43,055 nucleotides of DNA from Candidatus Aminicenantes bacterium (lineage in GTDB: Bacteria; Acidobacteriota; Aminicenantia; Aminicenantales; UBA4085), in contig JAPKZH010000290.1 in assembly GCA_026393905.1 (NCBI GenBank), positions 1 through 43,055 on the forward strand, in the 5' to 3' direction. Below, piece by piece: positions 17,554-27,944 of this stretch (positions are counted from its first letter, which is position 1; each line of letters opens with the position of its first letter). The notes under the pieces are model-generated. The model saw only the letters and a program-made list of their open reading frames with translations. It ran no database searches and was not told where the DNA came from. Made by a program: the position numbers and the translations under genes.

Positions 17554-17997
17554 TTAACTTCCGACGATCAGGGCTTTCCCGCCGGCTTCCTCAATCTTCG
17601 CTTTGGCGGATTGAGAAAACTTGTGGGCATATATGGTTTTGGGCGAGGCCATCGTCCCCCGTCCCAAGATTTTGACCTGTTCCGATTCTTTATTGATCAG
17701 GCCGGCCTCGACCATGTCTTTCAAGTTGACCTCGTTTTTTTTGATTTTCTCCAGGCGGTCCAGGTTCACTTCCGCCCAGACTTTTCTGAAGATATTTGTG
17801 AACCCGCGCTTGGGGAGCCGCCGGTGAAGGGGCATCTGGCCGCCTTCATATCCCCGTTTCCGAGCAAAGCCGGCGCCTGCCAGCTGGCCTTTGTGGCCGC
17901 GGCCGGAGGTCTTTTGACGGCCGGACCCGGGACCCCGTCCGACCCTCTTGTCGTCTTTTCGGGAACCTTTTGCTGGACGCAGATTGCTGAGATTCAT
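17554..17997 (-). CDS. rplO: 50S ribosomal protein L15
   Basis: 147 aa: [26 protein letters not shown]. Confidence 0.97.
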   Translation of the reverse strand: MNLSNLRPAKGSRKDDKRVGRGPGSGRQKTSGRGHKGQLAGAGFARKRGYEGGQMPLHRRLPKRGFTNIFRKVWAEVNLDRLEKIKKNEVNLKDMVEAGLINKESEQVKILGRGTMASPKTIYAHKFSQSAKAKIEEAGGKALIVGS

Positions 17998-18206
17998 TTT
18001 TTCTCCAAGACCTCCACCTTGAGCAAGTGAGGGATTTTGTTGATCATCCCCCGGATTTCGGGAGAATCTTTCCGGAGGACTTCGGAATTGAGCTTCCGCA
18101 AGCCCAGGCCCTTGACGACTTCCCGCTGGTTCTTCGGGTAGCCGATCACGCTGCGGACGAGCTTGATTCTCAATTCGCCCTTGGCCTTTTTATCTTTCAC
18201 TGCCAT
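17994..18206 (-). CDS. rpmD: 50S ribosomal protein L30
   Basis: 70 aa containing [27 protein letters not shown]. Confidence 0.95.
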   Translation of the reverse strand: MAVKDKKAKGELRIKLVRSVIGYPKNQREVVKGLGLRKLNSEVLRKDSPEIRGMINKIPHLLKVEVLEKK

Positions 18207-18736
18207 ATTGTCCCCTTCGCCTTGCCTCGATCTCTCGACACGCAGCCGGGATCCTTGATCTTCTTCAGGGCATCCAGCGTGGCGTTGGCCACGCTGATCG
18301 GGTTGTTGCTCCGGAGCGACTTGGTCAAAATATCCTTGATGCCGGCCAGCTCCATAATGACGCGCACGGCGCCGCCGGCGATGACGCCCGTTCCTTTGGA
18401 GGCCGGACGAAGGATGACCGCGCCGGCCCCGGCTTCGCCCCTGACAAAATGGGCGATCGTGGTATCGGTTAAATGAACCCGGATCAGTTTTTTCTTGGCG
18501 TTCTCGACGGCCTTGACGATGGCCGCGGGCACTTCTCGCGCCTTCCCTTTTCCGATGCCGACCATGCCCTTTTTGTTGCCGACCGCGACGAGCGCCGAAA
18601 AGCTGAGGTTTTTGCCACCCTTGACGACCTTGGAAACCCTCCGGATGTTGATCACCTGGTCCTTGAGCTCGGCCAGCTCGTCCGCTGTCAGCGGCTGCTG
18701 GGCCGCCTCATCACCCTTATATTTTTCGTCTTCCAC
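18197..18736 (-). CDS. rpsE: 30S ribosomal protein S5
   Basis: 179 aa containing [27 protein letters not shown]. Confidence 0.97.
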   Translation of the reverse strand: MEDEKYKGDEAAQQPLTADELAELKDQVINIRRVSKVVKGGKNLSFSALVAVGNKKGMVGIGKGKAREVPAAIVKAVENAKKKLIRVHLTDTTIAHFVRGEAGAGAVILRPASKGTGVIAGGAVRVIMELAGIKDILTKSLRSNNPISVANATLDALKKIKDPGCVSRDRGKAKGTIWQ

Positions 18737-18767
18737 ACGTCCTCCTTAAGACATCCGTCGTCCCGGG

Positions 18768-19142
18768 CTAAAAAGCCAGCCCGCTTTTCCTCATGGCTTC
18801 CGCCAGCGCTTTGATCCGGCCGTGGTAGGGATAGACGCCCCGGTCAAAGACGATCTGCTCGATCTTTTTCTCTTTCAGCCGCTGGGCCAGAAGGGCCCCC
18901 AGTTTCTCGCAGCTGCCGATGTTCTTATAATTCTTGTGGTCCGCTTTGAAATCCTTCTCGAGCGTCGAGGCGGCCGCCAGGACCGTTCCGTTCTCATCAT
19001 TGATGGCCTGGGTATAGATATAGCGATTGCTCTTGAAGACATACACCCTCGGCCTTTCGGCGCTCCCCCGTAGCTTTCTCCGAATCCTTCGCCGGATCCG
19101 GACTTTTGTTTCTTGCCTGGTTTTGACCTTATCTTTAAGCAC
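18768..19142 (-). CDS. rplR: 50S ribosomal protein L18
   Basis: 124 aa containing RPRVYVFKSNRYIYTQAIND and VFDRGVYPYHGRIKALAEAMR. Confidence 0.97.
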   Translation of the reverse strand: MLKDKVKTRQETKVRIRRRIRRKLRGSAERPRVYVFKSNRYIYTQAINDENGTVLAAASTLEKDFKADHKNYKNIGSCEKLGALLAQRLKEKKIEQIVFDRGVYPYHGRIKALAEAMRKSGLAF

Positions 19143-19680
19143 CGGTGACCCCCGCTTTCCGTTCTTTCTTAATCAAGCGTTCGCCCAAGTAGCGTATCCC
19201 CTTGAGCTTGTACGGGTCGGGCTTGCGGAAGCGCTTGATCTCGTCCGCCACTTGGCCCACCCGCTGTTTGTCGATGCCTTTCACCGTGATCAGCGTCGGC
19301 TTTTCCAGGACGATTTCGATGTCCTTGGGAATCGGAAAAACAACGGGCTTGGAATATCCCAGGCTGAGCTCGAGCTTGTCCTTATCGAGCTTGGCCCGAT
19401 ACCCGACGCCGACGATTTCCAGCTGCTTCGAAAAGCCGGACGAAACGCCGACAGCCGCGTTGAAGGCCAAAGACCGGCACAGCCCGTGAACCGTTTTCTG
19501 CTCCTTGGAATCGTCGGCCCGAGTCAGGATGAGGGCACGGCCCTCGGTCCGGGCCTGGATCCCCCGAGACAAGGGGGATTCGAGCTTTCCTTTTTTGCCC
19601 TCGAATTCGATTTTGTCGGGCAAGATATTGACCTTGACGCCTTCGGGCAATACGATCGGTCGCTTTCCTACTCTTGACAT
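19135..19680 (-). CDS. rplF: 50S ribosomal protein L6
   Basis: 181 aa: MSRVGKRPIVLPEGVKVNI. Confidence 0.97.
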   Translation of the reverse strand: MSRVGKRPIVLPEGVKVNILPDKIEFEGKKGKLESPLSRGIQARTEGRALILTRADDSKEQKTVHGLCRSLAFNAAVGVSSGFSKQLEIVGVGYRAKLDKDKLELSLGYSKPVVFPIPKDIEIVLEKPTLITVKGIDKQRVGQVADEIKRFRKPDPYKLKGIRYLGERLIKKERKAGVTGA

Positions 19681-19706
19681 GGCTCAGGACCTCTCCTGTT
19701 TGATAC

Positions 19707-20105
19707 TTACCAGATATAGCATAGGACTTCTCCGCCGACGCGCTCCTCTTCGCACCTCTTCCCGGTGAAAATCCCCTTGGACGTGGAGATAATAGCGATG
19801 CCCAGCCCGTCCAGCACCTTGGGGACGGCCGCCTGGGTGCAGAAAATGCGGCAGCCGGGCTTGCTGACGCGCCGCGTGTTCGTGATCACGCTTTGGTTCG
19901 CTTCGCTGTATTTCAAGGTCACGTTCAAGATCCCCTGTTTATTATCGTCGATGACTTTGAAGTTCTTGATGTAGCCTTCTTCCTTCAGGATTTTGGCGAT
20001 CTCCACCTTCATTTTGGAGGAGGGCATACTGATTTCCTTCCTCTTGATGAGCGAAGCATTCCGCATCCGGGTTAGCATATCCGCAATGGGATCCGATACA
20101 CTCAT
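19707..20105 (-). CDS. rpsH: 30S ribosomal protein S8
   Basis: 132 aa: MSVSDPIADMLTRMRNA. Confidence 0.97.
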   Translation of the reverse strand: MSVSDPIADMLTRMRNASLIKRKEISMPSSKMKVEIAKILKEEGYIKNFKVIDDNKQGILNVTLKYSEANQSVITNTRRVSKPGCRIFCTQAAVPKVLDGLGIAIISTSKGIFTGKRCEEERVGGEVLCYIW

Positions 20106-20126
20106 GGTCTCATCCTTTCCCGAACA

Positions 20127-20312
20127 TTACCACGACGCTTTGATGATGCCCGGGATCTCTCCTTTGAGGGCGAGTTCCCGGAAGCACAGGCGGCACATGT
20201 CGAATTTCCGGTAGTAGCCCCGGGACCGCCCGCAGATCCGGCAACGACGCCGGGTCCGGATCGCATACTTGGGTTTTCTCAGGTATTTAGCAAAAGCCGA
20301 TGTTGTTGACAC
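20127..20312 (-). CDS. rpsN: 30S ribosomal protein S14, short type Z (zinc-binding)
   Basis: 61 aa containing [23 protein letters not shown]. Confidence 0.96.
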   Translation of the reverse strand: MSTTSAFAKYLRKPKYAIRTRRRCRICGRSRGYYRKFDMCRLCFRELALKGEIPGIIKASW

Positions 20313-20327
20313 GGTATCCTCTCTCTC

Positions 20328-20870
20328 CTATGACTCTCGGAAAGGCATGCCCAGTTTTTTCAAAAGGGCAAAGGCCTCCTCGTTCGTCCTGGCGGACGTG
20401 ACGATGGTGATATTCATGCCCCTGGATTTTTCGACCTTGGTATACTCGATCTCGGGGAAGACAAGCTGGTCCTTCAAGCCCAGCGTGTAGTTGCCCCGAC
20501 CGTCGAAGGCCTTCGGCGATAGGCCGCGGAAGTCGCGGACGCGGGGCAAGACGATGTTGACCAAACGATCAAAAAATTCGTACATCCGCCGGCCGCGAAG
20601 GGTGACGAAGCAGGCAATGGCCTGGCCCTTGCGCAGTTTGAAAGCGGAGATGGACTTCTTAGCCCTGGAGACGACGGGCATCTGGCCCGTGATCTGGCCC
20701 AGCTCGGCCTTGGCCGAATCGAGGACCTTCACGTTCTGGATGGCCTCGCCGACACCGACATTGATGATGATCTTTTCCAGGCGGGGCACGGCCATCCTAT
20801 TGCGGATCTTGAATTCCTTCTGGAGCTCCAAAAGGAACTCTTTTTTATACTTATCATAGAGTCGGCTCAT
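20328..20870 (-). CDS. rplE: 50S ribosomal protein L5
   Basis: 180 aa: [20 protein letters not shown]...[15 protein letters not shown]. Confidence 0.97.
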   Translation of the reverse strand: MSRLYDKYKKEFLLELQKEFKIRNRMAVPRLEKIIINVGVGEAIQNVKVLDSAKAELGQITGQMPVVSRAKKSISAFKLRKGQAIACFVTLRGRRMYEFFDRLVNIVLPRVRDFRGLSPKAFDGRGNYTLGLKDQLVFPEIEYTKVEKSRGMNITIVTSARTNEEAFALLKKLGMPFRES

Positions 20871-20880
20871 CGATCACCCC

Positions 20881-21216
20881 TCACTTTTGCTTCTCCAGGC
20901 TTGTCTCGCATTTCGGGCAGGTCCGGATCCGGCTTCCGTCCTCGAGGCGTTTCCTCCGGAGCCGGACGCCCTGTCCGCAATCGTCACAATACAGCATCAG
21001 CCGGGAAGCCGGGATGGGGGCCTCTTTTTCCATGATCCCGCCCTGGATGTTCTTGCTGCGGTCCGGCCGGATGAACTCTTTGACGAAATTGATCCGTTCC
21101 ACGATCACCCGCTGCTTCTCCGGAAAGACCTTGAGGACCTTGCCCGTCTTCCCCTTGTCCTTGCCTTGCTTGACGATGACGATGTCATTTTTTTTGAGCC
21201 ATATCTTGTTCATCAC
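20881..21216 (-). CDS. rplX: 50S ribosomal protein L24, with a Cys4 motif in the C-terminal half
   Basis: 111 aa. The KOW region is [18 protein letters not shown]-like. The C-terminal half reads [27 protein letters not shown]. Confidence 0.95.
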   Translation of the reverse strand: MMNKIWLKKNDIVIVKQGKDKGKTGKVLKVFPEKQRVIVERINFVKEFIRPDRSKNIQGGIMEKEAPIPASRLMLYCDDCGQGVRLRRKRLEDGSRIRTCPKCETSLEKQK

Positions 21217-21581
21217 AGCACCTCCGGCGCCAGCGAGACGATCTTCATGAACTTCTTCTCCCGCAGCTCCCGGCCGACGGGGCCGAAGACGCGCGTTCCC
21301 ACGGGTTCGCCGGCCTTGTCGATGATCACGGCCGCATTATCGTCAAACCGGATGTAGGAGCCGTCCTTCCGCCGGACTTCCTTCCGCGCCCGGACGACCA
21401 CGGCCCGGACCACCTTCCCCTTGGGAATCTTGCTTTCGGGATCGGCTGCCCGGACGTTGGCCGAGACGATATCCCCGATCGAACAGACGAGGCCGACGCC
21501 TCCGCCCAGGGGAGTGATGCAGCGGATCCTCCGGGCTCCGGAATTGTCCGCAACCTTGAGCATCGTGTACTGTTGAATCAT
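21213..21581 (-). CDS. rplN: 50S ribosomal protein L14
   Basis: 122 aa: [17 protein letters not shown]. Confidence 0.97.
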   Translation of the reverse strand: MIQQYTMLKVADNSGARRIRCITPLGGGVGLVCSIGDIVSANVRAADPESKIPKGKVVRAVVVRARKEVRRKDGSYIRFDDNAAVIIDKAGEPVGTRVFGPVGRELREKKFMKIVSLAPEVL

Positions 21582-21880
21582 GGCTTGTTGTCCCCGATCT
21601 CATTCTCGATCTCATGCGCCGAGAGGCCCACGATCTCGACCACCCGCCACTTCTTGCGCTTGCTGATGGGCCGCGTCTCGATGATCCTGACGATGTCTCC
21701 GACTTTGCATTTTTCGTATTCGTCATGAGCGAGAAATGTCTTTTGTTTTTTGATGGTCTTTTTATACAAAGGATGCCTGACTTGGCGTTCGACTTGGACC
21801 GTGACCGTTTTCTTCATCTTCTTGCCGACCACCGTCCCGACTTTCGCCGTTTTTCGTTTGAGTGCGCTTATCTCGTCCAT
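21578..21880 (-). CDS. rpsQ: 30S ribosomal protein S17
   Basis: 100 aa containing [27 protein letters not shown]. Confidence 0.96.
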   Translation of the reverse strand: MDEISALKRKTAKVGTVVGKKMKKTVTVQVERQVRHPLYKKTIKKQKTFLAHDEYEKCKVGDIVRIIETRPISKRKKWRVVEIVGLSAHEIENEIGDNKP

Positions 21881-21895
21881 GTCCGTAACCTACCT

Positions 21896-22096
21896 TTAGA
21901 CCTTGGCCTTCTTGCCTATTTCCCCGAGGACCGTGGCGATCTTGGCCAGATCTTTCTTGATCGTCCTGAGCTTGGCGAAGTTTTCCACCTGTCCCAGCTC
22001 ATGCTGGAAACGGAGTTTGAACAACTGGTCCTTGAGCTCCCCCTGTTTGCGGACCAGTTCGTCCGCGTCCATTTCTCTCAATTCTCTTGCTTTCAT
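21896..22096 (-). CDS. rpmC: 50S ribosomal protein L29
   Basis: 66 aa: [31 protein letters not shown]. Confidence 0.96.
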   Translation of the reverse strand: MKARELREMDADELVRKQGELKDQLFKLRFQHELGQVENFAKLRTIKKDLAKIATVLGEIGKKAKV

Positions 22097-22515
22097 CGGA
22101 GTTCTCTATTCTCTCTTGAGACGAACCGTGTCTTAATCGGCAGCTTATGGGCGGCCAGGCGCATTGCCTCTTTGGCCAGGTCCTCGGGCACGCCCTCCAG
22201 CTCGAAGATGATCCGGCCCGGTCGGATGACGTCCACCCAGAATTCCGGGTCACCCTTGCCCTTTCCCATGCGGACTTCCGTGGGTTTTTTCGTGACGGGC
22301 TTCCAGGGGAACGCCCTCAGCCAGAGCTTGCCGCGCCTTTTCACGAACCGGGTAATAGTGATGCGGCCGGCTTCGAGCTGACGGGCCGTCAGCCAGCAGG
22401 GCTCGAGGGCCTGCAGCCCGAACTCGCCGAAGGAAAGAGTGCTGCCGCGGCCGGCCTTTCCCCGCATGCGGCCTCTATGGCTCTTCCTGTACTTGACTTT
22501 CTTCGGCATCAACAT
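22093..22515 (-). CDS. rplP: 50S ribosomal protein L16
   Basis: 140 aa: [21 protein letters not shown]. Confidence 0.97.
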   Translation of the reverse strand: MLMPKKVKYRKSHRGRMRGKAGRGSTLSFGEFGLQALEPCWLTARQLEAGRITITRFVKRRGKLWLRAFPWKPVTKKPTEVRMGKGKGDPEFWVDVIRPGRIIFELEGVPEDLAKEAMRLAAHKLPIKTRFVSRENRELR

Positions 22516-22517
22516 GG

Positions 22518-23186
22518 TTAAATCTCCTCGATCTCAGCGGTCTGGGACGTCATCTTGGGCTTCTCTACGTCGCCACGATATACCCAGACTTTGATGCCGA
22601 TCTGGCCGTAGGTCGTGAAGGCCTCCGTAAAACCGTAGTCGATATCCGCCCTCAGGGTTTGGAGGGGAAGCCGTCCCCGCAGGTACCATTCCGAGCGGGC
22701 GATTTCCACGCCGCCCAAGCGCCCAGAGCACATGACCTTGATGCCCTTCGCTCCCATTTTGAGCGCCAGATCGACGGCCCTTCTCATAGCCCGGCGGTAG
22801 GCGATCCGTTTTTCAAGCTGGACGGCGATGCCTTCGCCGACCAGGATGGCGTTGAGCTCGGGCTTGTCCACCTCTCGGATATCCACGTAGACCTCTCTCT
22901 TGGCGATCTTCTCGAGGAAGCCCTTCAGGCTTTCGATCTCCTTGCCGCCGCGGCCGATGATGATTCCCGGCCTGGCGGTGTGGATGATGGCCCGGATCTT
23001 CGGCCCGACGCGCTCGATGGCCACTTCCGAGATCCCGGCGTGAAAGTACTTCTCCTTGATCGCCTTCCTCATTCGGAGGTCCTCATGAATGAGGCGGCCG
23101 TACTCCGTGCCCTTAGAAAACCAGCGGGAGCTCCACTGTTTATTGAACCCCAATCTAAAACCATGCGGATGTGTTTTTTGTCCCAC
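22518..23186 (-). CDS. rpsC: 30S ribosomal protein S3
   Basis: 222 aa: [13 protein letters not shown]. Confidence 0.97.
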   Translation of the reverse strand: MGQKTHPHGFRLGFNKQWSSRWFSKGTEYGRLIHEDLRMRKAIKEKYFHAGISEVAIERVGPKIRAIIHTARPGIIIGRGGKEIESLKGFLEKIAKREVYVDIREVDKPELNAILVGEGIAVQLEKRIAYRRAMRRAVDLALKMGAKGIKVMCSGRLGGVEIARSEWYLRGRLPLQTLRADIDYGFTEAFTTYGQIGIKVWVYRGDVEKPKMTSQTAEIEEI

Positions 23187-23189
23187 TGA

Positions 23190-23552
23190 CTATCTCCCTC
23201 TTTTCTCTTCAAGATAGATATGGACGTGGCTCGTCCGTTTTAAGATCCTGTGGGCCCTTCCCATGGGAGCCGGACGGATCCGCTTCCAGGCGGGGCCCTG
23301 GTTGATCAAGATTTTAGCGATAGAGAGGTTGTCCACGTCGACATTCGGCACCTTCTGTTGGGCATTGGCGATGGCCGAGCGGAGGGTCTTTTCGACGATC
23401 AAGCTGGGCTTCTTTTTTTCCGAAAAGTGGAGGATGGTCAGGGCTTCTCCCACGAACCGATCTCTGATGAGGTCCGCCACCAGCCGGCATTTGCGGGCGG
23501 AGACACGGACATGCCGGGTGGCTGCGTGTGAAGCATAATTCTTCGTATCCAT
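23190..23552 (-). CDS. rplV: 50S ribosomal protein L22
   Basis: 120 aa containing RHVRVSARKCRLVADLIR. Confidence 0.96.
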   Translation of the reverse strand: MDTKNYASHAATRHVRVSARKCRLVADLIRDRFVGEALTILHFSEKKKPSLIVEKTLRSAIANAQQKVPNVDVDNLSIAKILINQGPAWKRIRPAPMGRAHRILKRTSHVHIYLEEKRGR

Positions 23553-23553
23553 G

Positions 23554-23844
23554 TTACTTGCCCACCTTCAACTGTTTGGCCGTCTTGGACGTATGCCCCC
23601 TGAAGGTCCGGGTCGGAGAAAACTCTCCCAATCGGTGGCCGACCATGTTCTCCGTGATGAAGACGGGGATGAACTTTCGTCCGTTATGCACGGCGATGGT
23701 CAGGCCGACCATCTCGGGGATAATCGTCGAACGCCTGGACCAGGTCTTGATGACTTTGCGTTTCTCACCCTGCGTTTCCATGCCTTTGATTTTTTCCATA
23801 AGATGGATATCGATAAACGGACCTTTGCTCAAAGACCTGCCCAT
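23554..23844 (-). CDS. rpsS: 30S ribosomal protein S19
   Basis: 96 aa: [12 protein letters not shown]...[24 protein letters not shown]. Confidence 0.97.
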   Translation of the reverse strand: MGRSLSKGPFIDIHLMEKIKGMETQGEKRKVIKTWSRRSTIIPEMVGLTIAVHNGRKFIPVFITENMVGHRLGEFSPTRTFRGHTSKTAKQLKVGK

Positions 23845-24671
23845 TACTTACTCCTTCTCCTGACGATAAAACCTTTTGTTCGTTTGTTCCTTCTCGTCTT
23901 ATAGCCCTTCGTCGGGATGCCTTCCGGACTGACGGGATGACGGCCCCCTTTGGAGCGGCCCTCTCCGCCGCCATGCGGATGGTCGATCGGGTTCATGGCC
24001 GTGCCTCGGACATGGGGCCTCCAGCCCATCCAGCGCGTTCGACCGGCTTTGCCGACGCTGATATTCTGGTGGTCGAGGTTCCCGACTTGCCCGATGGTAG
24101 CTCGGCAGTCCAGGTGAATTTTCCGGATCTCGGACGAGGGGAGCCTGACCTGGGCGTAATCGCCTTCTTTGGCCAGGATCTGGGCGCCGGAGCCGGCGGT
24201 CCGGACGATCTGGCCGCCCTTGTTCTTCTGCAACTCGATGTTGTGGATCACCGTGCCGAGGGGGATATTCCGGAGCAGCGTGGAATTGCCGGGCAGGATA
24301 TCCACGACCTTATCCGAAGAGACGATCGCCTGGCCGACCCGGAGGTCGACGGGGGCGAGGATATAGCGGCGTTCTCCATCCTTGTACTTGATCAAGGAGA
24401 TGAACGAGGAACGGTTCGGGTCGTACTCGATCGTTTCGACGATCCCCCCGATATCCAGCTTGTCCCGCTTGAAGTCGAGAATCCGGTACATTTTCTTGTG
24501 CCCGCCGCCCCTGTGGCGCATCGAGAGGTGCCCGCGGCTATCGCGCCCTCCGGACTTGGGCAGGAACGTCAGCAGCGGCTTGTACGGCCGGGTCGCCGTG
24601 AGCTCCTCATACGTCAACGTCGTCCGGTGCCGCAAGCCCGCCGTCTCTGGTCTGTAGGATTTGATACCCAT
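23844..24671 (-). CDS. rplB: 50S ribosomal protein L2
   Basis: I chose the ATG at 24671 ([15 protein letters not shown]), which lies 1 nt after the rplW stop. The track's start at 24686 is a TTG inside rplW. Confidence 0.96.
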   Translation of the reverse strand: MGIKSYRPETAGLRHRTTLTYEELTATRPYKPLLTFLPKSGGRDSRGHLSMRHRGGGHKKMYRILDFKRDKLDIGGIVETIEYDPNRSSFISLIKYKDGERRYILAPVDLRVGQAIVSSDKVVDILPGNSTLLRNIPLGTVIHNIELQKNKGGQIVRTAGSGAQILAKEGDYAQVRLPSSEIRKIHLDCRATIGQVGNLDHQNISVGKAGRTRWMGWRPHVRGTAMNPIDHPHGGGEGRSKGGRHPVSPEGIPTKGYKTRRNKRTKGFIVRRRSK

Positions 24672-24672
24672 G

Positions 24673-24969
24673 TTAGACTGCCTCAAAATATTCGATCATT
24701 TTTTCGCCTTCCTTGAGCCGGACGAAGGCCTTTTTCCAGTTTTTTGTCATACCCGTATTGCGGCCCATGCGCCTCTCTTTGCCCACCTTGATCTGCGTCC
24801 GAACGCCTTCCACCTTGACCTTGAACAGGTGCTCGACGGCCTTCTTGATCTCGGACTTGTTGGCGTCCATGGCCACTTCAAAACAGACGTCCCGGTTTTT
24901 CTGCTTGAGCGCCGTGCTCTTTTCCGTGATCACGGGCCGGATGATGATCTGATAGGGGTCTTTGTTCAC
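24673..24969 (-). CDS. rplW: 50S ribosomal protein L23
   Basis: I chose the GTG at 24969, which overlaps the rplD TGA (GTGA). This gives (M)[17 protein letters not shown], 98 aa. The longer track ORF runs back into rplD. Confidence 0.93.
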   Translation of the reverse strand: MNKDPYQIIIRPVITEKSTALKQKNRDVCFEVAMDANKSEIKKAVEHLFKVKVEGVRTQIKVGKERRMGRNTGMTKNWKKAFVRLKEGEKMIEYFEAV

Positions 24970-25592
24970 TTCAATTTCTCCATCAAAGACTCGAAGGCCT
25001 GTTGGCTTAAAACAAGCCATTTATATTTCAAAACGTCATGGGTGTTGACGAGGCTCCAATCGACGGCCTTGACCCTGCGAAGATTCTTGAGGGACATGAA
25101 GAGATTGGCGTTGTCCCAGCTGTCGACAATCAGCGCGGAATCGACATGGAGGCCTTTGAGCAGCTCAACCGCTCCCTTTGTTTTCGCTTCTTTGAGCTTC
25201 AGGTCATCCAGGATCAGCAGTTGCTTTTCGGAAAATTTCAGAGCGAGCGCCGATCTCAAAGCGTTCTTCTTGGCCGCTTTGGGGAGCTCGTAGGAATAGT
25301 CCCGGGGCTGGGGCCCGAAGGTTGTGCCGCCTTTCCGCCAAAGCGGCGACCGGGTGGCTCCGGCGCGGGCCCGGCCGGTGCCTTTCTGCCGCCAGGGCTT
25401 GCGGTTGCTGCCGCTCACCATGGCCCGGGTTTTTGTCGCGGCCGTGCCCTGCCGCTGATTGGCCTGGAAGTTGACGGCCGCCTCATAGAGAAGATGCGGC
25501 TTGACCGGATAGGAAAAGACTCCTTCCGGAAGCTTGATCTCCGATTTGACTTTTCCGCTCTTGTCCAATACTTGCGCTTTTTCCATGGTCAA
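24966..25592 (-). CDS. rplD: 50S ribosomal protein L4
   Basis: 208 aa containing RKPWRQKGTGRARAG. Confidence 0.97.
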   Translation of the reverse strand: MTMEKAQVLDKSGKVKSEIKLPEGVFSYPVKPHLLYEAAVNFQANQRQGTAATKTRAMVSGSNRKPWRQKGTGRARAGATRSPLWRKGGTTFGPQPRDYSYELPKAAKKNALRSALALKFSEKQLLILDDLKLKEAKTKGAVELLKGLHVDSALIVDSWDNANLFMSLKNLRRVKAVDWSLVNTHDVLKYKWLVLSQQAFESLMEKLK

Positions 25593-25598
25593 CTCTTC

Positions 25599-26189
25599 TT
25601 AAGCCTTATGGATTAAGACATAGCCTCCGTTGGGGCCGGGGATCGCCCCTTTGACCACCAGGAGGTTGTTCTCTTTGTCTGTCTCAAAAACCGTCAGGTT
25701 GCGGACCGTCACGCGGTCGTAACCCATGTGTCCGCCCATCCTGAGGCCGCGGACGACTCGCGATGGATACGAGGAGGCGCCGATAGAACCGGGGGCCCTG
25801 TGGAACATGGAGCCGTGGGAGGCCCCTCCCCCCCTGAAATGGTGGCGCTTCACAACGCCGGCAAAGCCTTTTCCCTTGCTCGTCCCGGTGACGTGGACCT
25901 TTTCGCCGGCCTTGAAGATATCCACAAAAAATTGATCGCCTTCCTTGACCTCTCCTTGCCCCCCATAGTGGAACTCTCTAAGGACTTTGGTCACGGGAGA
26001 TTCGGATTTTTTGAAATGTCCCTGAGCGGCCTTTTTCGGTTTCTTGACCGCCTTCTCTTCGACCAAGCCTAACTGGAGGGCCTCATACCCGTCTTTATCC
26101 TTGGCTTTCTTCTGGATGACCGTGCAGGGCCCGGCTTTGATGACGGTGAGAGGGATAGAATTCCCCTTATCGTCAAAGCCCTGGGTCAT
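25599..26189 (-). CDS. rplC: 50S ribosomal protein L3 (minimal ORF from the first ATG; see the finding on the upstream in-frame TAA)
   Basis: 196 aa from MTQGFDDKGNSIPLTVIKAGPC. The conserved L3 N-terminus GLIGKKIG is encoded in the same frame directly upstream (26213-26190). It is separated from an SD-proximal ATG-GTG by a TAA at 26216-26214. Confidence 0.9.
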   Translation of the reverse strand: MTQGFDDKGNSIPLTVIKAGPCTVIQKKAKDKDGYEALQLGLVEEKAVKKPKKAAQGHFKKSESPVTKVLREFHYGGQGEVKEGDQFFVDIFKAGEKVHVTGTSKGKGFAGVVKRHHFRGGGASHGSMFHRAPGSIGASSYPSRVVRGLRMGGHMGYDRVTVRNLTVFETDKENNLLVVKGAIPGPNGGYVLIHKA

Positions 26190-26225
26190 CCCGATTTTCT
26201 TCCCGATCAGGCCTTACACCATGGC

Positions 26226-26546
26226 TTATTCTCCTCCCGTTCCGAACGCTTGGATCTCCACATCGATGCCGGCGGGCAAATCGAGCTTCTGGAGCTCTTC
26301 GATCGTCTCGTTATTGTATTCGCTGATGTCGATCAATCGTTTGTGGACTCTCATTTCAAAATGTTCTCGCGATTTTTTATCGACATGAGGAGAACGAAGG
26401 ACACAGAAGCGGTGAATCCGCGTCGGCAACGGTATCGGACCGGAGATACTCGCGCCTGTTCTTTTGGCCTTTACCACGATGTCCTTGACGGACTGGTCCA
26501 GCAGCCTGTGGTCAAATGACTTTAATCGAATTCTTATTTTTTCCAT
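26226..26546 (-). CDS. rpsJ: 30S ribosomal protein S10
   Basis: 106 aa: [19 protein letters not shown]...[11 protein letters not shown]. Confidence 0.97.
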   Translation of the reverse strand: MEKIRIRLKSFDHRLLDQSVKDIVVKAKRTGASISGPIPLPTRIHRFCVLRSPHVDKKSREHFEMRVHKRLIDISEYNNETIEELQKLDLPAGIDVEIQAFGTGGE

Positions 26547-26591
26547 GGTCTATCCTTCGTTCTCTAGCTAAATTGCCTTAGTCACTCATTT

Positions 26592-26674
26592 GTCATCGCG
26601 AGGCGCTTTGCGCCGTGGCGACCCCCGCTTCTACTCCGGGGGGATGGCCGCGCCGCATCGTTCCTCGCATCGAC
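26592..26674 (-). promoter_or_regulatory. structured element immediately 3' of tufA and 5' of rpsJ (copy A)
   Basis: The outer helix is 26663-26674/26592-26603 (11 of 12 positions paired). The inner hairpin is CCCCCG/CGGGGG at 26622-26642, with a 9-nt loop. A second hairpin is GGCGC-AAA-GCGCC on the minus strand. A homologous, structure-preserving copy lies at 42829-42908. Confidence 0.45.
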
Positions 26675-26686
26675 AACGTCCTCTCC

Positions 26687-27892
<1,206 letters not shown>

Positions 27893-27944
27893 CCCTTACC
27901 TCCTATTCCTTGGATTTGGCCTGAGATTATATCCAAAAACCATG

